DNA of 64,000 nucleotides from Planctomycetota bacterium (GTDB lineage Bacteria > Planctomycetota > JAJSAM01 > JAJVHW01). The notes below the pieces were generated by a model that saw only the letters and a program-made list of their open reading frames with translations, made no database searches and was not told the DNA's origin. The position numbers were made by a program, and so were the translations under genes. The stretch is from assembly GCA_965248445.1 (NCBI GenBank), contig CBDFJG010000003.1, positions 800,001 through 864,000 on the forward strand, read 5' to 3'. This document shows, piece after piece, positions 33,028 through 42,830 of this stretch; the first letter of the stretch is position 1; every line of letters begins with the position of its first letter.

Positions 33028-36000
33028 CTAGGCGTCGTCCTCGGGCTTCTTCTTCCGCGGGCGGCGGAAGCGTTCGAGGGCCTGGCTGATCGCGCCGACG
33101 CGCTCCCACACCGCCTTGCTGACGGTCAGGTTGTGGTTCAGGGAGCGGAGCACCGGGAGAAGGCCGACCTCGATGACCTCGGCCTGGCGGGCGGCGAGGT
33201 ACTTGAAGTCGGGATCAGCGCCTGCCGGAGCAGCGGCGTCGCTCTGTGCACGCGCTGGCGAGGCTGACTCGGCGGCGCGGGACTCGGCGAGCGCGGCGAG
33301 GTTGTCCTCGAGGCGCGTCAGGTACGGCGCGAGTGCCTGGGCGAGGCCGGCGCCCGCGTCCCCGTTGCTGTCGGCTGCGACGAGCGCCTCGCGCAGCGCC
33401 TCGCGCTCGCGATCCTGATGATCGTCGCGGGCGGCTTGCGCCTCGATCACATGCGTCTCGTGCTCGGCGGTGAGCGTGGTCGCCGTGCGCAACGCGTCGC
33501 CGATCCCCCCCATCCGCTCGGAGATGTCCATGAGCTGCGCGGTGACGCGCATGACCGGATCGTCCTCGTCGCCGCCCATCATCTGGCGGCGGCGGAACGC
33601 GTCCCGGATCTCGGTCCAACGGGCGGACTGCTCGTCCGTCATTCGCTCCCGCAGCTCTGCGAACTTGAGGAGGTTGTGCTCGGCGCCGCTGGTCAGCGTC
33701 TGCGACTCGCCCAGGTAGTGGTCCTCGATCAGCACCTCGAGTTCGTCGTCGTTCATGACGGCGACGATCTTCTCGGCCAGCTTGTTCATGTTGCGGTAGC
33801 TGCCCTGCAGCTGGAACCGGGGCTCCGTGCGGAACGCGTCGTCGGTGGACGCGGATCGGATGTACTCGCGGTTCACCGCGAGTAGGACCTCCTGCACGCG
33901 CAGGACCTTGCCGAGCACGCTCACGATCTCGTCCAGCTCGACCTGCGAGAAGTCGGCCGAGAGCTCCGAGGTCTGGACCTGCTCCCCGCGCGCCATCCGC
34001 ACGAGAGGGTGGATGTCCTTGTGGCCGCGGTTCGCAACCGTCTGCAAGACGGCGTTCGACGTGAGCGCGTTCTCGATGTACGACATCGCGAACAGCTCGT
34101 CCTTGCCGGAGAGCACGTCGCCCAGGTTGTAGACGTCGGCGCGGTTCGCCAGCATGTCCGGCACCTGGAACCGCTCGCCGGACTCCGTGTAGGGATTGCC
34201 GGCCATGCAAACGACGAACTTCTTGCCGCGCAGATCGTACGTCCGCGTGCGTCCGTTCCACACGCCCTCGACCCTGCGCGTGGCGTCGCAGAGCGAGATG
34301 AACTTCTGCAGGAACTCCGAGTGCGTGTGCTGGATGTCGTCGATGTAGAGCAGCACGTTGTTGCCCATCTCGAACGCGAGGTTGACCTTGTCGATCTCCT
34401 GGCGCGCGGTGGCGTTCGGCGCCTCGTCCGGATCGAGCGAGCGCACGTCGTGACCGAGTGCCGGGCCGTTGATCTTCATGAAGACGAGACCCAGGCGGTT
34501 GGCGATGTACTCCATGAGAGTCGTCTTGCCATAGCCCGGAGGTGATATCAGCATCAGCAGGCCCATCAGGTCCGTGCGCTTCGCGGCGCCGCGTGCGCCC
34601 AGCTGCTTCGCCAGGTTGTCGCCGATCACCGGCAGGTAGACCTCGTCGATGAGCCGGTTGCGTACGAACGCGCTCATCACACGCGGCAGGTACTCCTCGA
34701 TGCGCAGCCTGTTCCGCTCTCGCTCGAGCAGGTCGTGCCGCATCTGCTGGTACGTCCTGAACCCCGGCACCCGCTCGTGCGCGAAGCGCGCGAGGCGCGC
34801 CAGGTACTCGTCGAGCCGCAGTTCCATCTTGCGGCCGGAGATCCGCCCGTGCTGGCCCAGCAGTCCGTCGATCTCGACGGTGGCCGCCGCGCTTGTGATG
34901 TCGCGACGCAGTTGCTCCGCGGTCAGGAGCAAGACAACGGCCTCGGGAACGAGGTGCGCGATCGCTGCGCCGTCGTCGCGGGTCGCAAGCCAGGCGGTCA
35001 GCCATGCGTCGGCGACGGCGTACTGCTCGCCCACGGCGCCGCCCAGCGCGCCGAGGTCCTGCTCCAGAGCGCGCAGCTGCTTGCGGCGCTTCAGGTCCTT
35101 CTTGAATGCGTCGGAGAGCGCGACTGACTCGCTGCTCGCGATGAAGCGGCCCGGGTCTCCGCCGAGCTCCTCGAAGAGGTAGCGCCCCGCGAGTCGCGCG
35201 TCACCGTCGGTGAGCGGCAAGCCGTGCACGTCATGGAAGGTGCGAATGCGATTCGTCAGATCCTCCTCGAGAGCGTCCACGGCGCCCGCGCGGTGCAGAG
35301 CCTCGCTCAGGCGGAACAGGCTGCTCGCCCGGCGGGTCAGCCGATCTCGGGCGTCGACATCGTCGAAGCGCGCCCAGAAGAGGCAGGCCGCGGCGCGCGC
35401 CGCCGGCGCAAAGCGCAGCATTCCCGCAGTCTGGTAGACACCGAAGACCGCCTTGAGAACGAGCGTCGCATCGGCGTCGTGTACCCCGCGTTCGTAGCCC
35501 TCGTCGTAGCGCTCGGCGGAGAACTCACGCACGAGTGCGAGCAGCGCATCGGCATCCAGCGCCGCCTCGGCCAGCCGCGATGCGGAGAGGCCGCCTTCGT
35601 TCCGCTCCGCGGCCCGCAGCATGCAGTACGCCAGATACTCGCCGCGGTAGACGTCGGAGGTCTCGGAGACGACGGCCTGCTCCCAGTACTCGCGCGTGGC
35701 ATCGAACGCCTCGTCGCGCACCGCCTCGCGGAAGTCCGTACCGCTGAGGTGCACTGCGAGCCCTTCGTCGTGCGGGACCAGCGTGAGATCCAGCGGCTGT
35801 GTGTTCACGCTGAAGCGGTGCTTGCCGAGGCGGATGACCGTCGCGCCGTCCTCGAAGATGTCGATGCGGTCGCGCATCGCCCGGACGGCGTCCTCGCGCG
35901 TCGACTTCAGCCGCGACTCGACTTCGTCGGCGCGGACGGAGTCGTCGAGGCCGCTCAGCTGCTCGGCCAGGTCACGCACCTTGAGGACCATCGCGTCGGA

Positions 36001-38421
36001 CGCGAAGTACGCGTGCAGCTCATCGAGGGTCTGCATCCCGGCGGCGCGGCGCGTCACGCCGGAGAGGATGCGATCGACTGCGCGCATCATCCCGATCGCC
36101 CGCCGCTGGCGCTGGTCGAGCAGGCGCTGCTTCTTGCCCTCGAGGGCCTCGTAGATCTCCTCGCGCTTCGTGGTGAGCTGTTCCACGAAGTCCTCGAGCT
36201 CACCGAAGCGGCCCTCGAGCTCTTCGACGTGGAGCATCAGCTTGGAGAGTTGCTCGTCACACCGCTCGGGGGTGTCCGCGAGCGCGACGGCCCCGGAAAC
36301 GGACTGCGAGAGGAGTGCATACTGCGCGGCGAACTCAGCGACGCCCTCCTTCGACATCAGCTCCTTGCGACGGGCTGCGACGAGCGCGCGGGTCCGGTTG
36401 AGCCCCCCCATCACCTCGCTGATCCGTTCGAGGATCCCCGTGCGGATCGTGGCGTCGTCGATCTTCAAGCTGCCCACGACGTCGGTGAGGAGCTCGAGCC
36501 CGTCGCCAATCGCCGTCAGATTCTCCGAGAGCGGCTTGGCGTCCGCGGTCTTCGCGACCGCCTGGATCGACGACTCCACCGCGGCGACGCGGTCGTGGTA
36601 CGGCGCCAGCGCGCCGGCTCCCTGCAGGAACTCGACCGTGCGCTCAGAAACGCGATCGCGGTGCCCGACGACCGTCTCTTCTAGCGCGGTGATCCGCTCG
36701 CCGTCCGCGTAACGCATCTCACGGAGCGACACGAGGCGCCCCCGCTCGGTACGGAGGCCCGCCAGCGCGCCCACGAAGTCGTCGACGCTCTTCCAGTGGT
36801 CCGGGCGCAGTGTGGCTACCAGTTGCCTGACCCCGGCATCCGCTTCGGCGACCGCTCTCCGCGCCTGTGCGCGCAGCTCCTGCACCTTCTCGAACTCGTC
36901 GATGATCAGCTCGGATGCCGCTAGCACTTCCTGCAGCGTGCTCAGCAGGTCGCCGACCTCTGCGTCGCCGAGCCAGTGGTACGTGTCGATGACCTTCGAC
37001 GTGACACCGATCAGCTCCTCGTACATCTCGCGGCTCGGCGTCTGCTCGTCAGTCATGCGCCGGATCGAAAGCGCATCGCTGATGCCGCGCACGAGGTCTG
37101 CGTTCCCGAGGCGCTCGAGGTGCGAGTCGCCGGCCGGCGCGGCGGCGTGGAAGACATCGCTGGTGAACGGCGTCTGCCAGATCTGCATTGCGTGCACGCG
37201 TGTCGGTTCGTCGCCGGCGCTACGGAAGACGATCATCTTGCCGTCGTCGAACACGCTCTGCCCGTGGCCGCGGATCGGGGTCTCGACCTCTTTGCGGATC
37301 AGGTTGTAGGGCAGCAGCACGTACTCGCCCTCGACCTGGCGGTGGAAGATGTACAGGACGTCCTCGCCGTTCGGTGAGCGGATGGCGCGCTCGAACTGCA
37401 TGCTCTGCACGTCGGCGGCGAACGTGCGTGTCTCGCCGCGGCGCAGGTAGTAACCGCCGGGGTAGATGATCCCGTGATCCTCGGGCAACTGCACGCAGGC
37501 GTGCCCGATCTGGTCGATCCGCTCGACCTTCTTCGTGATCGTGTTGAAGACGAGATACCGCCACGTCTCTTCACGGAACGGCAGGACCTTGATCAGGATC
37601 AGGGAGCCGAGCTTCGCGTAGTGGACCGACGCGTCGTCGAGCGCCTGAGTCCCGTCCAGCACCGGCTCGCGGTACACGCCCAGTCCGTCGAGCGTGTTGT
37701 CCTCGACCTTCACGGTCAGGTCGCCGCCGACCGTCTCGACGAAGACCTCATCCAGGATCGAGACGTGCGGGTGCTCTCCGGACACGTGGTCGTCGCGCGT
37801 CGTCTCGATCCACTCGAAGTCGTGCGTCGCCGGGAAGACGTGGTCGCGGTCGCCCTGGTTGTCGAGGTATGTGAGAGTGCCGTCGGCGTCGATGGACCAG
37901 CGGAACGCCTTGAGATCGACCAGTGTCCGTCCGACCTGGAACACGGCCAGCAGCCTGCCGTTCACTCGGCGCAGCGAGAGCAGCCGCGTGTCCTTGTAGT
38001 AGTCGTAGAGCTCGCGGAAGTCCTTGCGGAATCTCGGGTCCGCCAGGAAGTCGGCGGGATCACCCGCGGGCACCTCGACCAGGCCGAGGCGATCGCCGTC
38101 GCGGGAGAGGCGGCGCAGTGTGAACACGTCCTCGAGGCGCGTCTCGCGGCGCAGCCCGATGAACACGTTGTATCCGAAGACCAGCAGGTCCCCGACTGCG
38201 ACGATGTCGCGCGCGATGCAGTTGTTCTCGGTCCGGATTCGTTCGCTGCCGACGACCTCGAGGCGCGCCCCGCCGAACAGCGCGACGCGCGCGGCGTTCA
38301 GCGCCTCGGCCTTCCGCGACAGCTCCCGGCCGTGGCCGAGGAGCCGGTCGCGGATGACCTCGTACGCACCCTGTTCGATCCCGGCAGGTTCCGGTTCAGA
38401 GGGCGAGGCGGCGTCCGCCAT
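33028..38421 (-). CDS. Large AAA ATPase of the 'DNA repair ATPase' (DUF3686-type) family
   Basis: 1797 aa; N-terminal GAYEVIRDRL, long coiled coils, Walker A PPGYGKT, Walker B LLYIDD, AGNPY; typical neighbour of flotillin genes. Confidence 0.88.
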   Translation of the reverse strand: MADAASPSEPEPAGIEQGAYEVIRDRLLGHGRELSRKAEALNAARVALFGGARLEVVGSERIRTENNCIARDIVAVGDLLVFGYNVFIGLRRETRLEDVFTLRRLSRDGDRLGLVEVPAGDPADFLADPRFRKDFRELYDYYKDTRLLSLRRVNGRLLAVFQVGRTLVDLKAFRWSIDADGTLTYLDNQGDRDHVFPATHDFEWIETTRDDHVSGEHPHVSILDEVFVETVGGDLTVKVEDNTLDGLGVYREPVLDGTQALDDASVHYAKLGSLILIKVLPFREETWRYLVFNTITKKVERIDQIGHACVQLPEDHGIIYPGGYYLRRGETRTFAADVQSMQFERAIRSPNGEDVLYIFHRQVEGEYVLLPYNLIRKEVETPIRGHGQSVFDDGKMIVFRSAGDEPTRVHAMQIWQTPFTSDVFHAAAPAGDSHLERLGNADLVRGISDALSIRRMTDEQTPSREMYEELIGVTSKVIDTYHWLGDAEVGDLLSTLQEVLAASELIIDEFEKVQELRAQARRAVAEADAGVRQLVATLRPDHWKSVDDFVGALAGLRTERGRLVSLREMRYADGERITALEETVVGHRDRVSERTVEFLQGAGALAPYHDRVAAVESSIQAVAKTADAKPLSENLTAIGDGLELLTDVVGSLKIDDATIRTGILERISEVMGGLNRTRALVAARRKELMSKEGVAEFAAQYALLSQSVSGAVALADTPERCDEQLSKLMLHVEELEGRFGELEDFVEQLTTKREEIYEALEGKKQRLLDQRQRRAIGMMRAVDRILSGVTRRAAGMQTLDELHAYFASDAMVLKVRDLAEQLSGLDDSVRADEVESRLKSTREDAVRAMRDRIDIFEDGATVIRLGKHRFSVNTQPLDLTLVPHDEGLAVHLSGTDFREAVRDEAFDATREYWEQAVVSETSDVYRGEYLAYCMLRAAERNEGGLSASRLAEAALDADALLALVREFSAERYDEGYERGVHDADATLVLKAVFGVYQTAGMLRFAPAARAAACLFWARFDDVDARDRLTRRASSLFRLSEALHRAGAVDALEEDLTNRIRTFHDVHGLPLTDGDARLAGRYLFEELGGDPGRFIASSESVALSDAFKKDLKRRKQLRALEQDLGALGGAVGEQYAVADAWLTAWLATRDDGAAIAHLVPEAVVLLLTAEQLRRDITSAAATVEIDGLLGQHGRISGRKMELRLDEYLARLARFAHERVPGFRTYQQMRHDLLERERNRLRIEEYLPRVMSAFVRNRLIDEVYLPVIGDNLAKQLGARGAAKRTDLMGLLMLISPPGYGKTTLMEYIANRLGLVFMKINGPALGHDVRSLDPDEAPNATARQEIDKVNLAFEMGNNVLLYIDDIQHTHSEFLQKFISLCDATRRVEGVWNGRTRTYDLRGKKFVVCMAGNPYTESGERFQVPDMLANRADVYNLGDVLSGKDELFAMSYIENALTSNAVLQTVANRGHKDIHPLVRMARGEQVQTSELSADFSQVELDEIVSVLGKVLRVQEVLLAVNREYIRSASTDDAFRTEPRFQLQGSYRNMNKLAEKIVAVMNDDELEVLIEDHYLGESQTLTSGAEHNLLKFAELRERMTDEQSARWTEIRDAFRRRQMMGGDEDDPVMRVTAQLMDISERMGGIGDALRTATTLTAEHETHVIEAQAARDDHQDREREALREALVAADSNGDAGAGLAQALAPYLTRLEDNLAALAESRAAESASPARAQSDAAAPAGADPDFKYLAARQAEVIEVGLLPVLRSLNHNLTVSKAVWERVGAISQALERFRRPRKKKPEDDA

Positions 38422-38442
38422 CGGCGTTCTCCCGCTCCCCGC

Positions 38443-40431
38443 CTAGGACCCGCGTCCGTCGGTCAGTCCGAGCTCCTTCGCGCGTTCGACGAGCGCCCCG
38501 AGCTTCTCCCGTGTCCCCTTGTCCGCGCCGGCCATCATCTTGGTGATGAGCGCGGCGATGGACAGGTTGCGCAGGTCGCCCGAGGAGATCCCCGAGATCA
38601 GCCGCTGCGCGTCGTCGGGGAGGCTGCGCTTGCCGTCGATGTAGTCGCCGAGCAACGCACGCCCCGTGTCGCTGTTCTGCGCCATCTCGTCGAGCGCCTT
38701 GCCGCCGGACACGGCGCCGAGGATGCGGTCGAAAAACTGGCCCTCGCCGCCGATGATGTCGATGTCCGCGCTCTCGAACGCCTTGCCGAGCGTCTCGGCC
38801 TGCGCCTCGGCGATCTTGCGGTTCGCATCGATCGCGGCGATCTCGACGTCCTTCTCCTTCTCGAGCTGGATGCGGAACTCCTCGTGCTCGCGGCCCACGC
38901 CGTCGAGCTTCTTCATCGCGTCGGCCTTCTCGGTGAGACCCGCCGCTTCTGCGGTGAGCTTCGCCTCGATGGCGATGGCTTCTGCGCGACCGGTCTTCTC
39001 GGTGGCGACGGCGTCCGCCTCGCGCACCTCGACGATCGCCAGTCCGGACGCGGCCTCTTCGGCCCGCACGCCCTCGGCGAGGCGGATCTTCGCCTGCGCC
39101 TCCTTCTCGGAGGCCTGCAGTTCGGCGTCAGCCAGCACGATGCGCTTCGTCGCATCGTGCCGGGCGGCCTGCTCGCTGGCGTCGGCGGCCCGGACCTCCT
39201 GGACGAGTTTCTCCTGCGCCGCGGCCTGGGCGCCGATCACGACCGCTTCCTTCAGCCGCTTCGCCTCTTCGACGACCCGCACTTCCTTGATCGCCTCCTC
39301 CTCCACGGCGACGGCCCGTTCGACCTCGACGCGCTGGCGGATGACGTCCTGGATCTCCTTGCGCTCCACCTCGAGCGCCTTCTCCTTGAAGATCCGCTCG
39401 AGTTCAACCGCCTTCTCGCGGGAGATCGCCTCGAGGTCGCGGTCACGCTGCACCCGCTCGATCTCGATGCCGATCACGCGCTCGCGGTTCTTCTCGGCGA
39501 CCTCGATCTGCCGGTGCTTGTTCTGGTCCTGAACGCCGAGATCCTCGGCGGTCTTGATCTGCGCCGTCTCGGCCTTCAGATGCTCCTCGGCCTCCACGCG
39601 GGAGGTCTCCGCGGCCTCACGCGCCTGGACGGTCTTGATCTCGCGCTGCTGCTTGGCGAGCGCCTCCGCCTGGTTGCGTTCGAGCTCGTACACGGCTTCC
39701 GCGCGCTCGACGTCCTGCTTCTTGATCTGCTTGATCTCGTTGTTCGTGAACAGGTTCGTCGAGATGTGCTCGCGCGTGGTGAGGTCGGTGATCTTCCGGA
39801 TGCCCTCGGCATCGAGGATGTTGTCACGGTCGAGCATCTCCAGCGGGGTCTGCTCGAGGTAGTCGATCGCGGCGTCGTCGAGCACGTACCCGTTCAGGTC
39901 GCGTCCGATGATCTCGATGATCTGGTCGCGGAACTCGTCGCGCCGGGTGTAGAGATCCACGAACTGCAGTTGCTTGCCGACGGTCTTCAGTGCCTCGGAG
40001 AACTTCGCGATGAAGAGGTCTTCGAGAGTCTTCTGGTCCGAAGCACGCTTGCAACCGATCGACTGCGCGACCTTGAGGACGTCCTCGGTGGTCTTGTTGA
40101 CCCGCACGAAGAATGTGACCTTGATGTCAGCGCGGATGTTGTCCTCGCAGATCAGGCCTTCCTTGCCGCGACGGTCGAGTTCCATCGTCTTGACCGAGAT
40201 GTCCATGACCTCGGCACGGTGGAAGACGGGCAGCACGTAGCGCCCGGTGAACGTCACGTCCGGCTCTTGCTTCATCGTGTTCACGATGAGCGCCTTGCCC
40301 TGGTCCACCTTCCGGTAGATGCGGGTGAAGAACACCATGAAGGCGAGCAACAGGAAGAAGAAGCCGACGACGACCGCGCCGATCGTCATCAGAGTTCCCA
40401 TGTCAGCAGCCAGCAGGTTCAGGGTTTCCAT
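38443..40431 (-). CDS. SPFH/flotillin-family protein (YqiK-like)
   Basis: N-terminal TM, SPFH domain (GLICEDNIRAD, KFSEALK, LDAEGIRKIT), long AE-rich coiled coil. Confidence 0.92.
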   Translation of the reverse strand: METLNLLAADMGTLMTIGAVVVGFFFLLLAFMVFFTRIYRKVDQGKALIVNTMKQEPDVTFTGRYVLPVFHRAEVMDISVKTMELDRRGKEGLICEDNIRADIKVTFFVRVNKTTEDVLKVAQSIGCKRASDQKTLEDLFIAKFSEALKTVGKQLQFVDLYTRRDEFRDQIIEIIGRDLNGYVLDDAAIDYLEQTPLEMLDRDNILDAEGIRKITDLTTREHISTNLFTNNEIKQIKKQDVERAEAVYELERNQAEALAKQQREIKTVQAREAAETSRVEAEEHLKAETAQIKTAEDLGVQDQNKHRQIEVAEKNRERVIGIEIERVQRDRDLEAISREKAVELERIFKEKALEVERKEIQDVIRQRVEVERAVAVEEEAIKEVRVVEEAKRLKEAVVIGAQAAAQEKLVQEVRAADASEQAARHDATKRIVLADAELQASEKEAQAKIRLAEGVRAEEAASGLAIVEVREADAVATEKTGRAEAIAIEAKLTAEAAGLTEKADAMKKLDGVGREHEEFRIQLEKEKDVEIAAIDANRKIAEAQAETLGKAFESADIDIIGGEGQFFDRILGAVSGGKALDEMAQNSDTGRALLGDYIDGKRSLPDDAQRLISGISSGDLRNLSIAALITKMMAGADKGTREKLGALVERAKELGLTDGRGS

Positions 40432-40463
40432 GTTCCTCTTTCTCCTCGGGACCGGTCAGGTCC

Positions 40464-41177
40464 CTAGACGTCCTCTCCGAGCTCTTCAGCCGGCGCGATG
40501 TGAAATACCTCGTCGTCCGCGTCGTAGTCGCTGACGACGGCAGTCGATCCCCGTGCCAGATCGTTCTTCCGGGAACAGCGCACCTGCACGAGGTGAGGTG
40601 CGCCACCCGTGCCGACTTCGGCCTGGCCGAAGGTGGCGGTGACTCGTTGTGTGGTGATCGTGCACATGCGCCCGATCAGCTCCCGGCGGCGTTCCGCCAG
40701 GTGCGGTGTGAACAGCTTGCGCAGGGGGCGCACACACACGGCCGCCGGAGGGACGGCGAGCGCAAGCGCGCCGACGCCGACCGCGATGGCGACCGGGATC
40801 TGCAGGCCCGTGCCGACTCGCGGCAGGATCCAGCCGCTGCTGAGCGCCGAGAACCCCCAGCTGAACAGCACCAGCAGACTGAACGCAATCGAGACCGGCA
40901 CTCCCGCGAGGCCGAGCGCGCTGAGCATCCCGCCGTGATGGCCGCCGCCGTCGTGATCGTGGTCCAAGTCTGCGTCGGCGTCGATGTCCACGTCGATGTG
41001 GCCGTGGCCGTGCGGGATGTGCGCGCCGTCCACGTCCAAGTCCAGGTCCACGTCGTGGTGGCTGAAGATGTCGACGGCGCCCAGGAAGCCAAGGCACCAG
41101 TACAGGATCACGATGCCGAGCAGGACCGTGTAGACCACCGTCGGGATGGTCGTGATCGTGTCGAGAAAGGTGCCCAT
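40464..41177 (-). CDS. YqiJ/DUF1449-like membrane protein (NfeD-type OB fold) with His/Asp-rich loop
   Basis: TM helices, Asp/His-rich linker, GVP motif, C-terminal G.AEV OB-fold-like segment; directly upstream of the flotillin gene. Confidence 0.85.
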   Translation of the reverse strand: MGTFLDTITTIPTVVYTVLLGIVILYWCLGFLGAVDIFSHHDVDLDLDVDGAHIPHGHGHIDVDIDADADLDHDHDGGGHHGGMLSALGLAGVPVSIAFSLLVLFSWGFSALSSGWILPRVGTGLQIPVAIAVGVGALALAVPPAAVCVRPLRKLFTPHLAERRRELIGRMCTITTQRVTATFGQAEVGTGGAPHLVQVRCSRKNDLARGSTAVVSDYDADDEVFHIAPAEELGEDV

Positions 41178-41488
41178 CTTCCCGCCGCTTCGTAGCCGAA
41201 CGGATCGCCCCGAGCACTGCGTCTGCAGCGTGAGAACGACCCCACCTCATCGGGCAGGCGCACGTGTGTCGCGCAACCTCCCGTCCCGGTGTTCAGCCTA
41301 CCAAGCAGCCTCCTCCCAGGTCGCGCCCCGTCTCCTGCACACTGCAGGTGCGTCGCAACCTCTCTACTCGCTGTAACCGCGCCCATATGCCCGGGTTCGG
41401 CGCGCTGCCGGCGAATCCGGGCCCGCCGCCGGGAGGAGCCTGGGCGGCGCGTGGCGTGTCGACGAATGCGACGGTTGCGCCCGCGCCG

Positions 41489-42421
41489 CTAGAAGCGGTG
41501 CACGACGACGAAGCTCCAGAAGAACTTCTCGTCACCGTCGCGTGTCTCGCCGAACGAGACGGCGATCAGGGTCAGCCCGGCGTTCGTGGAGCCCGCGACG
41601 GCGAACCCGCCGTTGAACTTGAACGCGCCCTTGAAGCTGCTGTTCTCAATCCGCATCTCGTCGTACATCGGACCGGTGTGCACCCGCAGGCCCTTCTCGA
41701 AGTGCGACGTCATGACGTCGATGTCGTCCTCGCCGTCCACGGTCGTCACCCGCACCGCGGCCTGGAAGGTGCATCCCCGCACGGCCACCTCGTCCGCTCC
41801 GTCGCCGGTGTTCAGACTGATGGAAGCGAGGTGCGTGGCACCGTTCTGGGCCAACTCGACCCGGTCGTCGCCGGAACCCGTGCGGATCCGCGTGCGCGCA
41901 TCGAGCGTGGAGGCCGCGATGCGCACGCTGTCGCTGCCGTCGCGCGCGAGGATCGTGAGTCGGCTCCTGAAGCGGGTGGCAGCGTCCACGTCGATCTCGT
42001 CGTCGCCCACGCCGGCGTCGATGCGCACCCGCGAGCGGAACACGCAGGTGTACAGGGTCAACCGGTCGTCACCGGTACCGAGGTCGATCGTGACGCCACG
42101 CCGCACCCGGACCGCGCCGAGGGCGACCACGTCGTCTCCGTGGCCCGCATCGATCTGCAGCTTGCGCACGCGGGGGAGTTCGACCACCAGCTGGCCGTTC
42201 ACGGTCGTCTCGTTGCGGCCCGTGATGATCAGGGTTCCGCCGTCGCCACGCTCGAGCGCGACGTCGTTTGCGGAGTCGTCGCCGAGGATTCGCACGAGCC
42301 CGCGGTCGCCGGCCTCGACCTGCACGTCGCCTCCGGCGAACGCGGGCGCAGCGAGGGCTAGAACGGTGGCGGGCAGAAGGGCGGCGAGCAGGTGGCGGCC
42401 GAAGAGTCTGACGGGGCGCAT
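41489..42421 (-). CDS. Secreted beta-solenoid repeat protein
   Basis: Signal peptide; about 8 repeats of ~22 aa with core I(D/R)xGxGDD. Confidence 0.8.
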   Translation of the reverse strand: MRPVRLFGRHLLAALLPATVLALAAPAFAGGDVQVEAGDRGLVRILGDDSANDVALERGDGGTLIITGRNETTVNGQLVVELPRVRKLQIDAGHGDDVVALGAVRVRRGVTIDLGTGDDRLTLYTCVFRSRVRIDAGVGDDEIDVDAATRFRSRLTILARDGSDSVRIAASTLDARTRIRTGSGDDRVELAQNGATHLASISLNTGDGADEVAVRGCTFQAAVRVTTVDGEDDIDVMTSHFEKGLRVHTGPMYDEMRIENSSFKGAFKFNGGFAVAGSTNAGLTLIAVSFGETRDGDEKFFWSFVVVHRF

Positions 42422-42486
42422 CTCGCCCCGATCCTAACAGGAACCGCTCGAGGGTCCGGGAGCGGCGCCTGACTACGGAGCCGTAG

Positions 42487-42522
42487 CGGTCATGCCGCAG
42501 TACTGCGCCGTCGGCGTGACCG
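42487..42522. terminator. Stem-loop downstream of the small membrane protein gene
   Basis: CGGTCATGCCG...CGGCGTGACCG, an 11-bp stem with one non-Watson-Crick pair. Confidence 0.35.
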
Positions 42523-42544
42523 ATTGCCTCCCTCGATCGAGAGT

Positions 42545-42811
42545 CTACGCGTCCGTGCGGCGGCCCTTGCGGAACAGGCCCGCCACGAGGAACACGACTG
42601 CGGTGACGGCGGCGATCATCCCGTACTCCGTCAAGAGCGCCGCTACGTCATGATTCGCGACCGCGTAGGTGCGCGTGAATGGAAGCCCGCGATCCAGGAA
42701 CTCGGCGTAGCGGCAGACGTCATTCGTGTACTGGGCGACCGGCGGCACCATCGACGTGTGGAGGACGCCAACCGCGCCCGCGATGAGCACAACACGCTGC
42801 GGCTTGGTCAT
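42545..42811 (-). CDS. Small two-TM hypothetical membrane protein
   Basis: MTKPQRVVLIAG...PP...LLTEYGMIAAVTAVVFLV; GGAG-like RBS upstream. Confidence 0.6.
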   Translation of the reverse strand: MTKPQRVVLIAGAVGVLHTSMVPPVAQYTNDVCRYAEFLDRGLPFTRTYAVANHDVAALLTEYGMIAAVTAVVFLVAGLFRKGRRTDA

Positions 42812-42830
42812 GTGCGACCCCTCCCCCATC

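Noticed and set aside
37474..40467. 997-aa plus-strand ORF (likewise 24218-26755 and 43804-47331)
   Set aside because: Antisense to well-supported genes, with no motifs of their own.
41178..41380. Lysine riboswitch suggested by AGAGGTTGCG on the minus strand
   Set aside because: The other conserved elements (GCCGAA, ACTGTC, GGAG.GCT) are missing and the downstream genes are unrelated to lysine.
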